Notes under the pieces: generated by a model | The model's database searches: none | What the model was told of the DNA's origin: nothing | What the model saw: the letters and a program-made list of their open reading frames with translations, nothing else | Shown here: piece after piece, positions 1 through 15,820 of the stretch | Numbering within the stretch: the stretch's first letter is position 1 | How the letters are laid out: each line of letters begins with the position of its first letter | Program-made: the position numbers and the translations under genes | Source of the DNA: Amoebidium appalachense | Lineage: Eukaryota > Protista > Ichthyosporea | DNA: 64,000 nucleotides | Assembly: GCA_963693365.1 (NCBI GenBank) | Contig: CAVNZM010000014.1 | Span: 1,674,001-1,738,000 of the forward strand | Direction of reading: 5' to 3'

Positions 1-237
1 GCTTTCTCTGCCGATTTCCGTGCCCTCCTCTCCCGGGCAGGCCTCTCACCCTCCCGGTTTGCCGGACACAGCCTCCGCATCGGGGGGGCCACAGCACTGG
101 CTGAGGCCGGGGTCGACGACTCCCGGATCAAACAACTCGGCAGGTGGTCCTCCGACTGCTTCCTGATCTATACCCGACTTCGTCCGGCCTCCATTGCTGC
201 CACCACCACACGTGTATTCGCCTCTATTCTTAAGTGA
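1..237 (+). CDS. Tyrosine recombinase C-terminal fragment
   Basis: Frame reads AFSADFRALLSRAGLSPSRFAGHSLRIGGATALAEAGVDDSRIKQLGRWSSDCFLIYTRLRPASIAATTTRVFASILK*. H-x-x-R, W and Y catalytic positions are present. Confidence 0.9.
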   Translation, partial: AFSADFRALLSRAGLSPSRFAGHSLRIGGATALAEAGVDDSRIKQLGRWSSDCFLIYTRLRPASIAATTTRVFASILK

Positions 238-489
238 AACCTTTGGAGCAAGCATACTGCTCTCGTGCCGTGGTTTACAACCATTGCAGGTTCACTTTCG
301 TCCAAGGGGATGTCCCCCTAGAGGCAACACACGTCCCGGAGTAGTTTTCATAGAGGTTTTATTTGTGGAAATTATTGACATAAATATTTTTCTGGGTAAA
401 AACGTAGGATGGGTGTTCGATACCAACATAACCATGTAGGCTTCATTTCGTGTTTTAGCAGTTAGCGGTTGGCTGCACGGGCACCTATT

Positions 490-612
490 AGCCAATCAAA
501 ACATCAGATACCACAGATCACTAGACCGAGTTATGACTGGCTCGGATCAGATTTCACATATCACTAGATCGGTTTTTGATTGGCTCAGATCGGTAGGCTT
601 AGGTATATAAGC
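490..612 (+). promoter_or_regulatory. Putative Ngaro promoter in repeat A: CCAAT-containing subrepeats and a TATA box
   Basis: Repeated ~45-bp units (atcaga..tcactaga..gattggctc) with CCAAT/ATTGG boxes, then TATATAAG at ~604. The same arrangement lies in A1 (22136-22486) just upstream of the gag ATG at 22105. Confidence 0.55.
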
Positions 613-1076
613 ACGACAGTTTTTAGCAGATCAGCAAGCTACAAACACATCTTCTGTGTTTAGCATCCACAGCCTTACAGCTATATATTCCTTTTCACCC
701 ACCCACCTACACCCACACACAACCCCCATTGATCCACACATACGTGCTGTTTTTTCACGGGGCGAAGACTTCCCCCGTTTTTTGGGCACATGGACCTCAC
801 GGATCAATAAATTGATGACTGGGGGCTTGCCGTGGTTTACAACCATTGCAGGTTCACTTTCGTCCAAGGGGATGTCCCCCTAGAGGCAACACACGTCCCG
901 GAGTAGTTTTCATAGATAGACTGATCACAATCAAGCGATTTTGCACATTCTTTACGGTAAACAGTCCGGAAATTTCTCCTAGTTACAACTTTGTGATTGG
1001 TTGGGATTCGCGCTGTGTTCCTGTGATTGGATACCTAAAATTTGTTGGCCACATTTGGGTGTTTGCGCCATCAACT

Positions 1077-1085
1077 TGGTATCAG
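1077..1085 (+). promoter_or_regulatory. Putative primer-binding site (tRNA-iMet-like)
   Basis: TGGTATCAG matches the start of the common iMet-type PBS (TGGTATCAGAGC) and lies ~230 bp upstream of the first element ORF. Confidence 0.55.
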
Positions 1086-1304
1086 GCGTGCTACTGCGAA
1101 GGTCCGACTTTCACCGTGAACGTGGGTGGCTGCCAGCGTAGCTGGAGCTGCTTGCACTGTGCTTTGCAAGTGCAACCGGTGGTACTGTGTGACAGTGACC
1201 ACTGGGAGGGTAGGCTGCTGTGTTGGGGCCGTGGGCACGACCAGTAGGGAACCCTTTTGACACGTTGGTGTGAGCCACTGTGGTGGCAAGAACGTGCAGC
1301 TGAG

Positions 1305-2019
1305 ATGGCTGGCACTGGGGCTGAGAGAGGCGGGCGCCGTTCCCGCAGTCGCAGCCGTGAGCCTGGCCGGCGGTCGGCCACGCCTGAGGGCGGTCGGGAG
1401 AGTTCCCCTTATGATTCTGGTGAGTGTGCTGATGATTCCTGTGTGTGTATGGCTCCGCCCATGTCTGGGCTGGGTGACGATACAGAGACACGTGGCATAC
1501 ACACACCTGGCCGTCGTGTTATGCCTGCTACTCAGTTGCGTGGGCGCAGGACTCTTCGGGGCACTAGGCCTATTAATGTTGCTGCTTTCCATGTTGAGCC
1601 TGAGTCTGATGATTCTGAGTGGGAGCAGAATGGGTCTAGCGAGAGCTCGGGGTCTGAGAGTGACGAGGGTGGTGACTCAGATTACGAACCCCAGTCACCT
1701 GTGCGCTCTCCTGGTGTGTGTGATCGTGTGGGGGATGGGGATGACGTTAGTGAGAGTGATGGTTCTGAGTCTGAGCCTGATCTGACTGTACCCCCACCTG
1801 CACCTGACCCTAGCACACAGGAACGTTCTTTACTTGATCATGCCGCTGAGGTTATGGGGGTAGATGCTAGCAGCACGGAAGAAGTGTTGCGCCGGCAGAC
1901 TGAAGCATTGCGTGCATTCGAAGCCCTGCGAGAAGCTGGGTGGGTTCCTGCTAAAAGGAGGGGTGCACGTGGTGTTGGCAGTCAGGCTGGTGGGAATAAA
2001 CAGGCAGTTGGCAGTCAGG
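1305..2019 (+). CDS. Gypsy ORF1 / gag N-terminal part (acidic, Ser/Arg-rich)
   Basis: MAGTGAERGGRRSRSRS...ESDDSEWEQ...LRRQTEALRAFEAL. It is in a different frame from gag and can be joined to it by a GT-AG intron (2020-2075) or a frameshift. Confidence 0.6.
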
Positions 2020-2074
2020 GTGAGACCCAGGAGGGTGATGTTTACTTACGGAATAACTATTATGGGGTTTTGCA

Positions 2075-3745
2075 GTGGCAGATGACCAGCGGGGATACAA
2101 CTACAACCCGCCCACCCCTGGCCGTGAGTACCGTTCACCATCACCTGACCGCGATGCCGACCGTTTCCGCTCCCCTCCCTCGCGGCACCGTTCTCCGTCT
2201 CATCGTAGCCGGTCCCCTGATCGTGTGCGTGAGCGCGAGCGCGGTGGTGAGCGCAGCAAGGAGCGTGGGTGTGTGCACGAGCGCACTCGCTCGCGCAGCC
2301 GCTCTCCCCAGCGCAACCGCACTCCAGAACAGGAGTCTTCTCGCGCAAGCACCCGCGACCATTCGCCACGGGGTCGGGACTGTACAACACCATCTAACTG
2401 TGGGTGTAACCACCGGGGTTGTGGGCCGGTGCAGCAGTCACTGTGGCCTTTTGGTTTCCCGGCCATGCCTGCAGGGGGGCCCAACACTAACATGAGTGGG
2501 CCCATGATGACCCCCTTCCCCATGTTAATGTTTGGTTATCCGCAGCCCAACGTTGGGGCAGCAGGTACCAACACTCAGCCCACAGATAACAAGGTGGAGA
2601 AGGAGAGAAAGACCCGTTCATCTAGCAAGCGTAAGTCTTCCGGCCGGCGTGCACGTACGCCTGTGTCTGAGGAGGACTGCAGCGAGGATGACGGGGCGAG
2701 CCAGAGCAGCTCGGAGAGTGAAGATGACAACCACCCGCCAAAGAAGGTGAAGTCTGCACGTGATTTGCTCCTTGCTTTGATGCCGGAGCATGATAGTATG
2801 GCATGGCGTAAACCGTTGGTTGCCAGTGTGCACCCCTCTCGCCACTATGCGCCTCTGATCACTGCAGATAAGGTGCCCCAGTTTAAGGGTGATATGAGTG
2901 ATACACGCACGGTGGTTGAGTGGCTCTCTGAGCTTGCAAGCTTGTTTTTCAGGGTGGCTGGTGTGCCTGTGCATGATGCTGTGCCTTTAGTTGTCTCGTG
3001 CTTTCCTCCTGCAAGCCCCGCACGCAATTGGTTTTCCAAATTTTGCCGCACGCACCCTAATGCCACGTTCGAAGCTTTTGCGCATGCAGTGGTTAAGGAG
3101 TTCCATGGTGAGCACGTTTTGGAAAAATGGCAGGGCAAGCTGGACGAGTTGAAGCAGGGAAACATGGAGGTTTCGGAATTCTATACACAGCACGCTAGCT
3201 TGTGGGCGCGAGTGTATCCACATGGCACGGATGAAGCGCGTTTGATTGATTTTTCGCACAAGTTGAACGCTGCCGCATTTAGTGATAACCAAAAATGGGC
3301 GGTGAAGCAGAGGCGTGCGAAAAAGTGCCTAACCATCCAGGATGCACTTGTTCACTTATCGGAAAAAGAGCGCGACCGCAAAAGCACACAGAAACACACA
3401 AAGGGTACAGCCGGTGTGTTTAATGTGCAGCAGTCGGCTATGGTGGCTGTGCAGGAGCAGGCAGCAGCATTGGGCTTGGATGTGCCGTCGTTTATTGCTC
3501 TGGTGGGGTCCGGTTTGACTAAAAATCCGGGGAAAACTCCCCCACAGAAGCCCAAATACGGTGCATCGGGCAGCAGTGTCGTTTGCTACGGCTGCGGGAA
3601 GCCGGGACATCGCAAAGGTGATGCGGAATGCCCTGCTGCTAATCGCCGCTGCAACGTTTGCAAGAAAGTGGGCCAGCCCAAGGGTAACGGCAAGCATCAG
3701 CAGGGCCGTGACCCAGACAAGAAGAAGCATTCACACCGCAAATAG
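2075..3745 (+). CDS. Gypsy Gag
   Basis: RS-rich N-part, retrotransposon-gag-like core (PQFKGD...WL...ARNWF...LKQG..VSEFY), knuckle CYGCGKPGHRKGDAEC and a truncated second knuckle CNVCKKVG. Confidence 0.88.
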   Translation: MADDQRGYNYNPPTPGREYRSPSPDRDADRFRSPPSRHRSPSHRSRSPDRVRERERGGERSKERGCVHERTRSRSRSPQRNRTPEQESSRASTRDHSPRGRDCTTPSNCGCNHRGCGPVQQSLWPFGFPAMPAGGPNTNMSGPMMTPFPMLMFGYPQPNVGAAGTNTQPTDNKVEKERKTRSSSKRKSSGRRARTPVSEEDCSEDDGASQSSSESEDDNHPPKKVKSARDLLLALMPEHDSMAWRKPLVASVHPSRHYAPLITADKVPQFKGDMSDTRTVVEWLSELASLFFRVAGVPVHDAVPLVVSCFPPASPARNWFSKFCRTHPNATFEAFAHAVVKEFHGEHVLEKWQGKLDELKQGNMEVSEFYTQHASLWARVYPHGTDEARLIDFSHKLNAAAFSDNQKWAVKQRRAKKCLTIQDALVHLSEKERDRKSTQKHTKGTAGVFNVQQSAMVAVQEQAAALGLDVPSFIALVGSGLTKNPGKTPPQKPKYGASGSSVVCYGCGKPGHRKGDAECPAANRRCNVCKKVGQPKGNGKHQQGRDPDKKKHSHRK

Positions 3746-6700
3746 GAACTCGCGGGGGTAAAAGGCGCGGTGCCGGGGGTAGTTGATGTGCGTAGCGCAT
3801 TTTTGCACATCGGAGAGGATAGTGTACAAAGTAGTGAAGTGGTTAACGAGAATTTTGTGCACGACCCTTCTCCCCTGGCGGGAAATTGCAAGGGAAATAA
3901 AGCAATCACTCGAAAAACTGTGTCTTTTGCCCCCACCCATATTGTGATCCCGTCCACCCTAGGTGCAACCACCCCCACAGGTGTTGGGGAGGGGGAGGGT
4001 GCACCCGGGAAGGAGGGTGTTATGTCGGTTCAGGATTTTGCGGATTTGAAGCAGGCACGGGCAGAGGGGTTGGCGGGGCTGGCGGGGCGCGTGCATCCCA
4101 CCCCCAAAAAACCATCTGTGTGCAAAGTGTCTGCTATTAAGGGCTCTACCTCTTGTTTGCTTGCCACTGTGAGGTTGCATGGGCACCTAGTTACGGTGGT
4201 TGTGGATACCGGTGCCAGCCATTCATGCTTGCAATATGATTTTGCGCTGAAATTACCATTTGCTACGCGGAAGCGCATTTCGCCGGTTCACAACTTTAGC
4301 GCTGTTGGTGCTAGCGGGGACACCTTGCCATGTGCAGGCCGTGTGGGTTTGCACCTGCAGGTGCCCAACACAGAATGGAGCCATGTGCAAAACTTTCATA
4401 TTTTGCGTGGCCTCCCCTATGCAGCCTTGCTAGGCATGGGTTTCTTGTTGGGTTTCGATGCACAGATTGACCTGTTGTATAAGCACTTGTTGCTCAGGCC
4501 TGCCCACGGCCAGGCAGAGTGCTATATGCCTGTTTGGTGGCTTGGGGCGGGGGTGCGGGGTGGTGAGGTGGCAACACTTATCACCACCACCGGTGTGCAT
4601 CTCCCTCCTTTCAGGTCGAATGTGGCTTTGTGCTCGATGAAGGATGGGGGGGAAGGTTTGGAGGCTGGTGTGACGGGTGTTGTCGTACCCAGACCCACCT
4701 CTAACACCGATATTCCCTTCCACCCTGCGCATAGTGTGCAATCACTCTTGTCTGTAAATGGCAGCCTCGGCTGCAAGGTGCTGTTAACAAATCTGACTGA
4801 AAAGCATGTGTATTTGAAGCCTGGTACCCAGGTGGCAGCACTAGAGCCATTGGTTGAGGGTGATATGCTCACTGTTTTGGTCGATGTGTCCGGGTCCCCA
4901 GCTGCAGAGAAGACTGGTGTGGAGGCCGTTGGGTCAGACTCACCGTCAGGCTCTGTTGGTGGACAAGTGTTTGCTGCTGCTGCGCCGGCGGCTGCAGACA
5001 AACCTCCGACGGGTGGAGCCACAGTGGGGGGATCAGGGACCACTGGGGCTACTGGGGACAACATTATTATTGGTGAGGGTGGCCGCGTACACGCTGGTGT
5101 GCCTGCACGTGTGTACAGGCAGGGGCGCGCGCGCACGGAGACTGTGCAGCCGTGGCTGTCAAAGAAGAAGGCCAGAGGCCGACTTGCTTTTGCAGCTAGG
5201 GCCAGGCACCCAGGGTCGCAGGCGCCTGGTGCTCCAGCCCCTACCAGCACTAGTAATGTTGCAGGTACCGGGCAGGGGCAGGTTTCCTCTCCTCAAAACG
5301 AACATGTGCATTCCGATCGGAATCTCGAGTTCTCATTGGCTGAGGGTACCTTCGGGCCGGCCGCTTCATCCTCTGAGGGAGGAGTTGAGCCGTGGCATAT
5401 AAGGGAGGACACTCAGGGGCAGTGTGAGGGAGTATCTGCCGGGGATACTGAAGCATCTGGCCCAGGGGAAGAGACTGATGTGCAGTGTGCAGGGGCCCGC
5501 CATGCACGAGGTCAGTCTGGTGGTAGTCAGCCGGGCGCACCAGGAGCCAATCAGATTGCAGCAGGGGTGAGCCACGTGCCCACAGCCTCTGCATCTGATG
5601 CCGACTCAGGGGGCACCGAGGATGAATTACCACCGGGCGTGGAGGACCCAGAGACTATCCCCCTTCCTGATCTGACACCTGCGGAGAGCAAGAGATTCGC
5701 TAAGCGCATTCGGAGGTTGCTTAGCAGATGGAAGCACGTGTTTTCTGCACACGAGCATGACTATGGCAAGTCCAATGTGGCAACGCTGAAGATAGAGTTA
5801 ACCACAAATGAACCACAGTATCGGCCTCCATACAAAATTCCACACCATATCCGGGATCAAGTGTGGAAGCAATTTCAAGTATGGTTGGCTGGGGGGGTCA
5901 TTGAGCCGTCCACCTCTCCCTACTCTGCACCCATGGTCTTAGTGCGTAAAAAGGATGGGAGCGTAAGAGTGTGCCTGGATTTTCGGAAAATAAATTCATG
6001 CACTGTGAGGGATGGCTACCCCCTACCCCGCATAGACACTTCTCTCGATGTGTTGCGTGGGGCGCGCTGGTTCAGTGTGTTTGACCTCTATGGCGGCTAT
6101 CACCAAATTGAGGTGGATCCAGAAACACGGCCTAAGTTAGCTTTTACTACGCCGTGGGGTCACTATCAGTTTTGTCGCGCACCCTTTGGGGTTACGAATA
6201 TGCCGTCTGTATTCAGCCGCGCCATGAATACCGTATTCACGGGCATGCTGTGGGTTCATTTGCTTGTGTATATCGATGACCTTCTTCTGTTCACCCCGGA
6301 TTTGGAAAGTCACTTAACCCTCTTAGAAGAAGTTTTCAGGCGGCTGTCCGCGGCTGGTCTAAAGCTAAACTTTAGGGGTCCAAGTGCCACTTTTTCCGGA
6401 CAGAGGTGGCGTATTTAGGCCATCGTGTGGGCAGAGATGGTATTAAGGTTGATGACGGGAAAATCGCTGTGATACGCGATAAGCAGGCACCCACTTCTGT
6501 GTCCGAATTAAGGAGTGATTTGGGTCTGTTTTCGTATTACAGAAGGTTTGTTCCGAATATGAGTGACCTGGCCGAGCCGCTAACGCGCATGTTGGGTGAT
6601 AGCCCACAGGATAAGCAGCAACGTGCATTTGATGCCCTAAAGCATGCTCTCACACATGCCCCCGTGTTGGCTCATCCAAACTTCGACAAGCCTTTCATTG

Positions 6701-9062
6701 TGGACTCCGATGCTAGCAATGTGGCGCTTGGTGCTGTGCTGTCGCAGGTGGGAGATGACGGGCAGGAGCACCCCGTTGCTTATGCCTCCCGCACGCTCAG
6801 TAAGAGCGAGCGCAATTATTCCGCCACCAAGAGAGAGGGTTTGGGCATCTATTGGGCTGTGTGCAAAGCCTTTCATCAGTATACCTACGGGAAGCCATTT
6901 ATTTTGCGCACAGACCATTCTTCGCTGACTTCCATATATGGTAATGGGGATGCCCCCGAGCCCATTGTTGCTGGCTGGCAGATGGCCCTGTCTGCATACA
7001 CCTATGACATCCACCATCGTGCTGGGAAGGACCACAGCAATGCAGACGGCATTTCACGGCCTTCCAGCGCGAATTTGGTGCCCAGCGAAGATGATCCGGA
7101 TCTGACTTTTCCTTCGCTGATTGGGTGTGTGCACGGCGATGACCACAGTGATTTTGTGCCAGACACCGTTGTGTTTCCTGCGCTCGTGGTGACGCGTGGG
7201 CGGGCACGTGCGGACGGTGGTGCTGATGCACCCACCCACAAACCCGCGTCAGCGGCGCGCACGCAGAAGCGCAAGCGCACGTCAGGGGTTAAGGGTGGAC
7301 CGGGGGAGGGTGCGCATGCCACTGCCAACCCCACCCCCACCCCCCCTCTGGCTGAGCATATCTCTGATGCTGCACGTGATCATACCCATGGGTTGAAGGT
7401 GAATACTTCCCGCGAGTTACGCGCGCTTACTATCCCACAGTTGCCGGGTATGCCTACTGTGGAGGAAATTAAGGCGGCGCAAAATGCAGACCCGTTTTTG
7501 TGCAGTATTCGTGATTACCTCAGCAACCCCACCGCGCCGGCACAGGTGGATGGAAGTGTTGCTTTAGAGGCAAGCAGATGCACGGTTTATAAGGGGGTGG
7601 TGTATGTGTGGACACCGGAGCAGCGTGCGACTCGTCGCCTTACGCTGCTGCCACAGGTCTGGGTCCCCGAGTCTTTAAGGGCACAGATTCTTGCGGCTTG
7701 CCACGATGCCCCCACAGCCGGGCATCTTGATGCCCAGCGCACGTTTCATCGCATTTGGTCTTCGTTTTGGTGGCCGGGGATGTGGCATCAGGTCGTGCGA
7801 TATGTGAATTCGTGCGATAGGTGCCAGCGGCGCAAAACGCCACGCTTGCAGGGCCGCTTGCCCGTGCAGCGTGGTTTCGCACCGCAGTACCCCTTTCAGT
7901 ATGTGGCCATGGATGTGACCGTCTTGCCACCAGCGAAGAGCGGGAAGCAGTATATCCTTGTGTTCATCGACATGTTCACACGGTGGGCTGAGTTGGTGCT
8001 GTTCGATCATACACCCACCGCAGAGGATATCGCTAATGCTTTCCACGACTATGTTTTCGCGCGACACGGACCACCCGAGTTTGTGCTGTCGGATAATGGG
8101 TCGAATATTTCTGCGCAGCTGGATAAGGATGTGTTAACCCTCCTAACTAGTCGCCAGATCCTCGCATCACCCTACTCCCCCCAGACAAATGGGCTGGTTG
8201 AACGGTTCAATCGCACCCTTAAGAGTATTCTTGCGCAAGTGGCTACAGATAAGTTAACGGAGTGGGACACGTTTTTGCCCCAGGTGCTGTTTGCCTACCA
8301 CACGGCTATGCACTCCACACTGGCCGGGGCGACAGTCCTTTCTTCCTTTTGTATGGCCGGGACCCCCGTGACCCCTTTGTGGAGAAACTGGGCCCCGAGT
8401 ACAGCGGCGCCACTAAGGAGCATCGGTATGCACTCTGGGAGCGATTGACCTATGCGCGCGATGTGGTTCGTGCACGGATGGTTACCGAGCAAGATCGGCA
8501 CCGCAAATCAGCCAATCAGAAGGCGCGGCCTGTTCCCGATTTGGCAGATTTGGTGCTCAAGCTCGACAACACCCTTAACAACAAGAAGGTGGTTGATGGT
8601 GATGGTAACCAGCTGTATGAGGCTGCTAGCCTACGGGACAAGTGGGTGGGGCCCTACCGGGTTTTGCGCAAAGTCGCACCACTTACCTACGATATTCAGC
8701 GGGTGGGGACACAGGATGTGGAGCGTTCGCACGCTCGTTTCCTTAAACCCTATGTACCCCGCACGGATGGACCCCCTACCCCACTACCTGAGTCCCGTGT
8801 GGCAGGTGACGCTGTGACCGCGGAAGTGGCCAAGATTATTGACCATAAATGGGAAAATGGTCGCGCCCTCTACAAAGTTCGCTGGAAGGGGTTTAAGGCC
8901 ACCGATGATTCGTGGGAGTCACATGCAAACTTGTCTGAGTCGGCCTCGGGTGCCTTAGCTGATTATTTGCAGCAAGTGATTCGGCCCCCCAGTGAGGAGC
9001 CAATCAAAAATCAGCGCAAGGACACCCAACAGCATGTGCGCAAACGCAGACGTAAAGGTTGA
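3746..9062 (+). pseudogene. Gypsy Pol (protease, RT, RNase H, integrase, chromodomain) with two frameshifts
   Basis: VVDTGA (~4200), YIDD (~6270), DASNVALGAVL/TDH RNase H, HHCC and D-D-E integrase (MDV, SDNG, ERFN), WVGPY motif, and chromodomain KIIDHK..YKVRWKGF..DDSWE (~8820-8980). Frameshifts near 6370 and 8330. Confidence 0.93.
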
Positions 9063-9131
9063 TCCCCCTTAAGGGCAGGGCATGTGGGCACTCGGTGCAG
9101 TTGCCCTTCGTTGCCCCTAGGGAGGGGGGGG

Positions 9132-9757
9132 TGTAGACATGGTTGTGTACATTCACGTGCACACCGTGCTGTTCCCCCACAACCAGTCTACGTGCCTTTG
9201 TGTCTTCTCGCCAGAGGCTGGAATAGAGCCTCGGAAGCAGCCACCAATCGGCTGCATCACTTTTAGCTGTATTCCTTATTAGGGCAGTTGCTCTGCACCG
9301 TAAGTATGCAGTTAGGAGCGATGCAAAGAACGTGAACACTTTGCCAGCATGTATCTTATGTGTACGGCACACACTGTGTGCCGTAGACACTTTATTGGGC
9401 ACTAGACATACACATGTAGCACTGTAGTATAACTTGAAGCTAGATTATGATCACCCAGGAGAAGCTCATGTACTCATGTATATGTCATGTACTTTATTTT
9501 AAGTAGGGCCACATGCCTATTGGCTGTCGCCTTACAAAAGTATGCGAGCAGTGCTCTCCGGACCGGCGGAAACCAAGGGACTATAAAAGGCTGGTACATT
9601 CCAGACTTGGGTCACTTGGGCGGGGCTGTGTGTCCGAGTAAACGTTACACTAGTCGTGCGGTGTCAGACTAGCTGTAGCACCCGCTTTCTTGTCTCTATA
9701 CTTACGTGCTTCTCCTAGCCTGCATATGTTAACTAGGGCATAGTATTAGTGTATACA
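9132..9757 (+). repeat. 3' LTR of the Gypsy element
   Basis: Starts directly after the PPT. Termini TGTAGACA...TGTATACA form an imperfect inverted repeat, with TATAAAAG at ~9582. An alternative end is 9774 (TTTCAACA). Confidence 0.75.
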
Positions 9758-9772
9758 CACCCTGGTTTTCAA

Positions 9773-14188
<4,416 letters not shown>

Positions 14189-14277
14189 ACTTTAATGCCA
14201 ACTCTTGGGCTTTGCAACATCTGCATTATGTTGTCCATCGTGAGTTTGTACTTTGTACTCTGTGCTGTGGCGCACTC

Positions 14278-14326
<49 letters not shown>

Positions 14327-15820
14327 ACCCGCCCGCCCGCCCGGTCCTTCGCCCTTTCCCGCCTTTAAGGGCGGGTGTTAATATTGGTTATGTTGCATAC
14401 TCTGACTTTTTTTTTGAACACACCTGCAGTGTCGTTTCATTGCAGATAAATGCATTTCGACTGTGTGTAAAGCTCCAACACACCAGAATACCTCCGTCCC
14501 CCTCCCCCCCTCCCCATGCCTCCCCTCTAGCAGACTCCTCCTCCTCCTTCCCCCCCTCCCCCCTCCCCTCCCCTCCCCTCCCCCCATTTCCTTTGCCAAG
14601 AACCCTTCACTTGCGGCATTGCTTTCCGGGTTATCTCATTTCCGCTAAATCCAGCCATTGAACCTAAACAGGATGGACGTTTGCAAACTCGGATCCGCTA
14701 CAACTCAGCAATCCATATTCGGGTCTTCAAGACCGACCCGGCATTGGCTATGGGCTTGCCTCGACCCGCCGCCCAATAGAAAAAGGAAAAATACCGGTTT
14801 GTGCGTGTAGTACCATCTTTTTTTCCTGTTAATGTGTGACTAATCGTGATGGTAAGAGTCGTCCTGATGCTGTTGGTTTATTAATGGTAGGGTTTGTTAG
14901 AAATAATTGTCTGGATCGACAGTATATTATCTTGTTTGCTGTTTTTTGGTTGGTTTCTGTTCTCGCCTAGCCCATTAATAGATGCATGTTGATCAAATGA
15001 GAGATTCAGATCCCGGCCGTTGTTATATATAATGACCGTGCATGAATGTTAGAGTAGACTGAGTCACAGCTTATTCCTAAATTCAATGGAATGAATATGG
15101 AGATCATGAGATCGTACGTGATGTGTTCTGATCGGAATGAATCGTTTTTCTGCACGACCAATAAAACAGCACGACTATGTTTTGGATTTGTGTGAATTGC
15201 ATTTATAATAGCTTCCAAGATTTGAGGGTGAGAGATTTGATTTGACTCTTAAGCCAGATACTATAAGTACTATAAGTACTATACTATCTATGAAAAACTA
15301 CTCCGGGACGTGTGTTGCCTCTAGGGGGACATCCCCTTGGACGAAAGTGAACCTGCAATGGTTGTAAACCACGGCAAGCCCCCAGTCATCAATTAATTGA
15401 TCCGTGAGGTCCTTGTGCCCAAAAAACGGGGGAAGTCTTCGCCCCGTGAAAAAACAGCACGTATGTGTGGATCAATGGGGGTTGAGTGTGGGTGTAGGTG
15501 GGTGGGTGAAAAAGGAATATATAGCTGTAAGGCTGTGGGTGCTAAACACAGAAGATGTGTTTGTAGCTTGCTGATCTGCTAAAAACTGTCACGGTCGTGC
15601 TTATATACCTAAGGCTACCGATCTGAGCCAATCACAATCGATCTAGTGTTATGTGAAATCTGATCCGAGCCAATCAAAACTCGATCTAGTGATATGTGGA
15701 ATCTGATGTTTTGATTGGCTAATAGGTGCCCGTGTGCGGGCAGTTAACCGCGAACTGCTAAAACACGAAATGAAGCCTACATGGTTATGTTGATACCGAA
15801 CACCCATCCTACGTGTTTAC

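Larger units (their letters stand above)
1..915 (+). mobile_element. 3' end of Ngaro-type (DIRS order) tyrosine-recombinase retrotransposon, copy 1, truncated by the window edge
   Basis: YR C-terminus (GHSLRIGGAT...LGRWSSDCFLIY, stop 235-237) followed by split direct repeats B1 266-353, A2 354-697 and B2 828-915. Near-identical to the reverse complement of 15288-16260. Confidence 0.92.
1077..9757 (+). mobile_element. Ty3/Gypsy (chromodomain-bearing) LTR retrotransposon, degenerate, with no matching 5' LTR
   Basis: PBS-like TGGTATCAG at 1077, gag with zinc knuckle, domain order PR-RT-RH-IN-chromo, polypurine tract 9119-9131 and a 3' LTR starting TGTAGACA at 9132. Confidence 0.93.
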
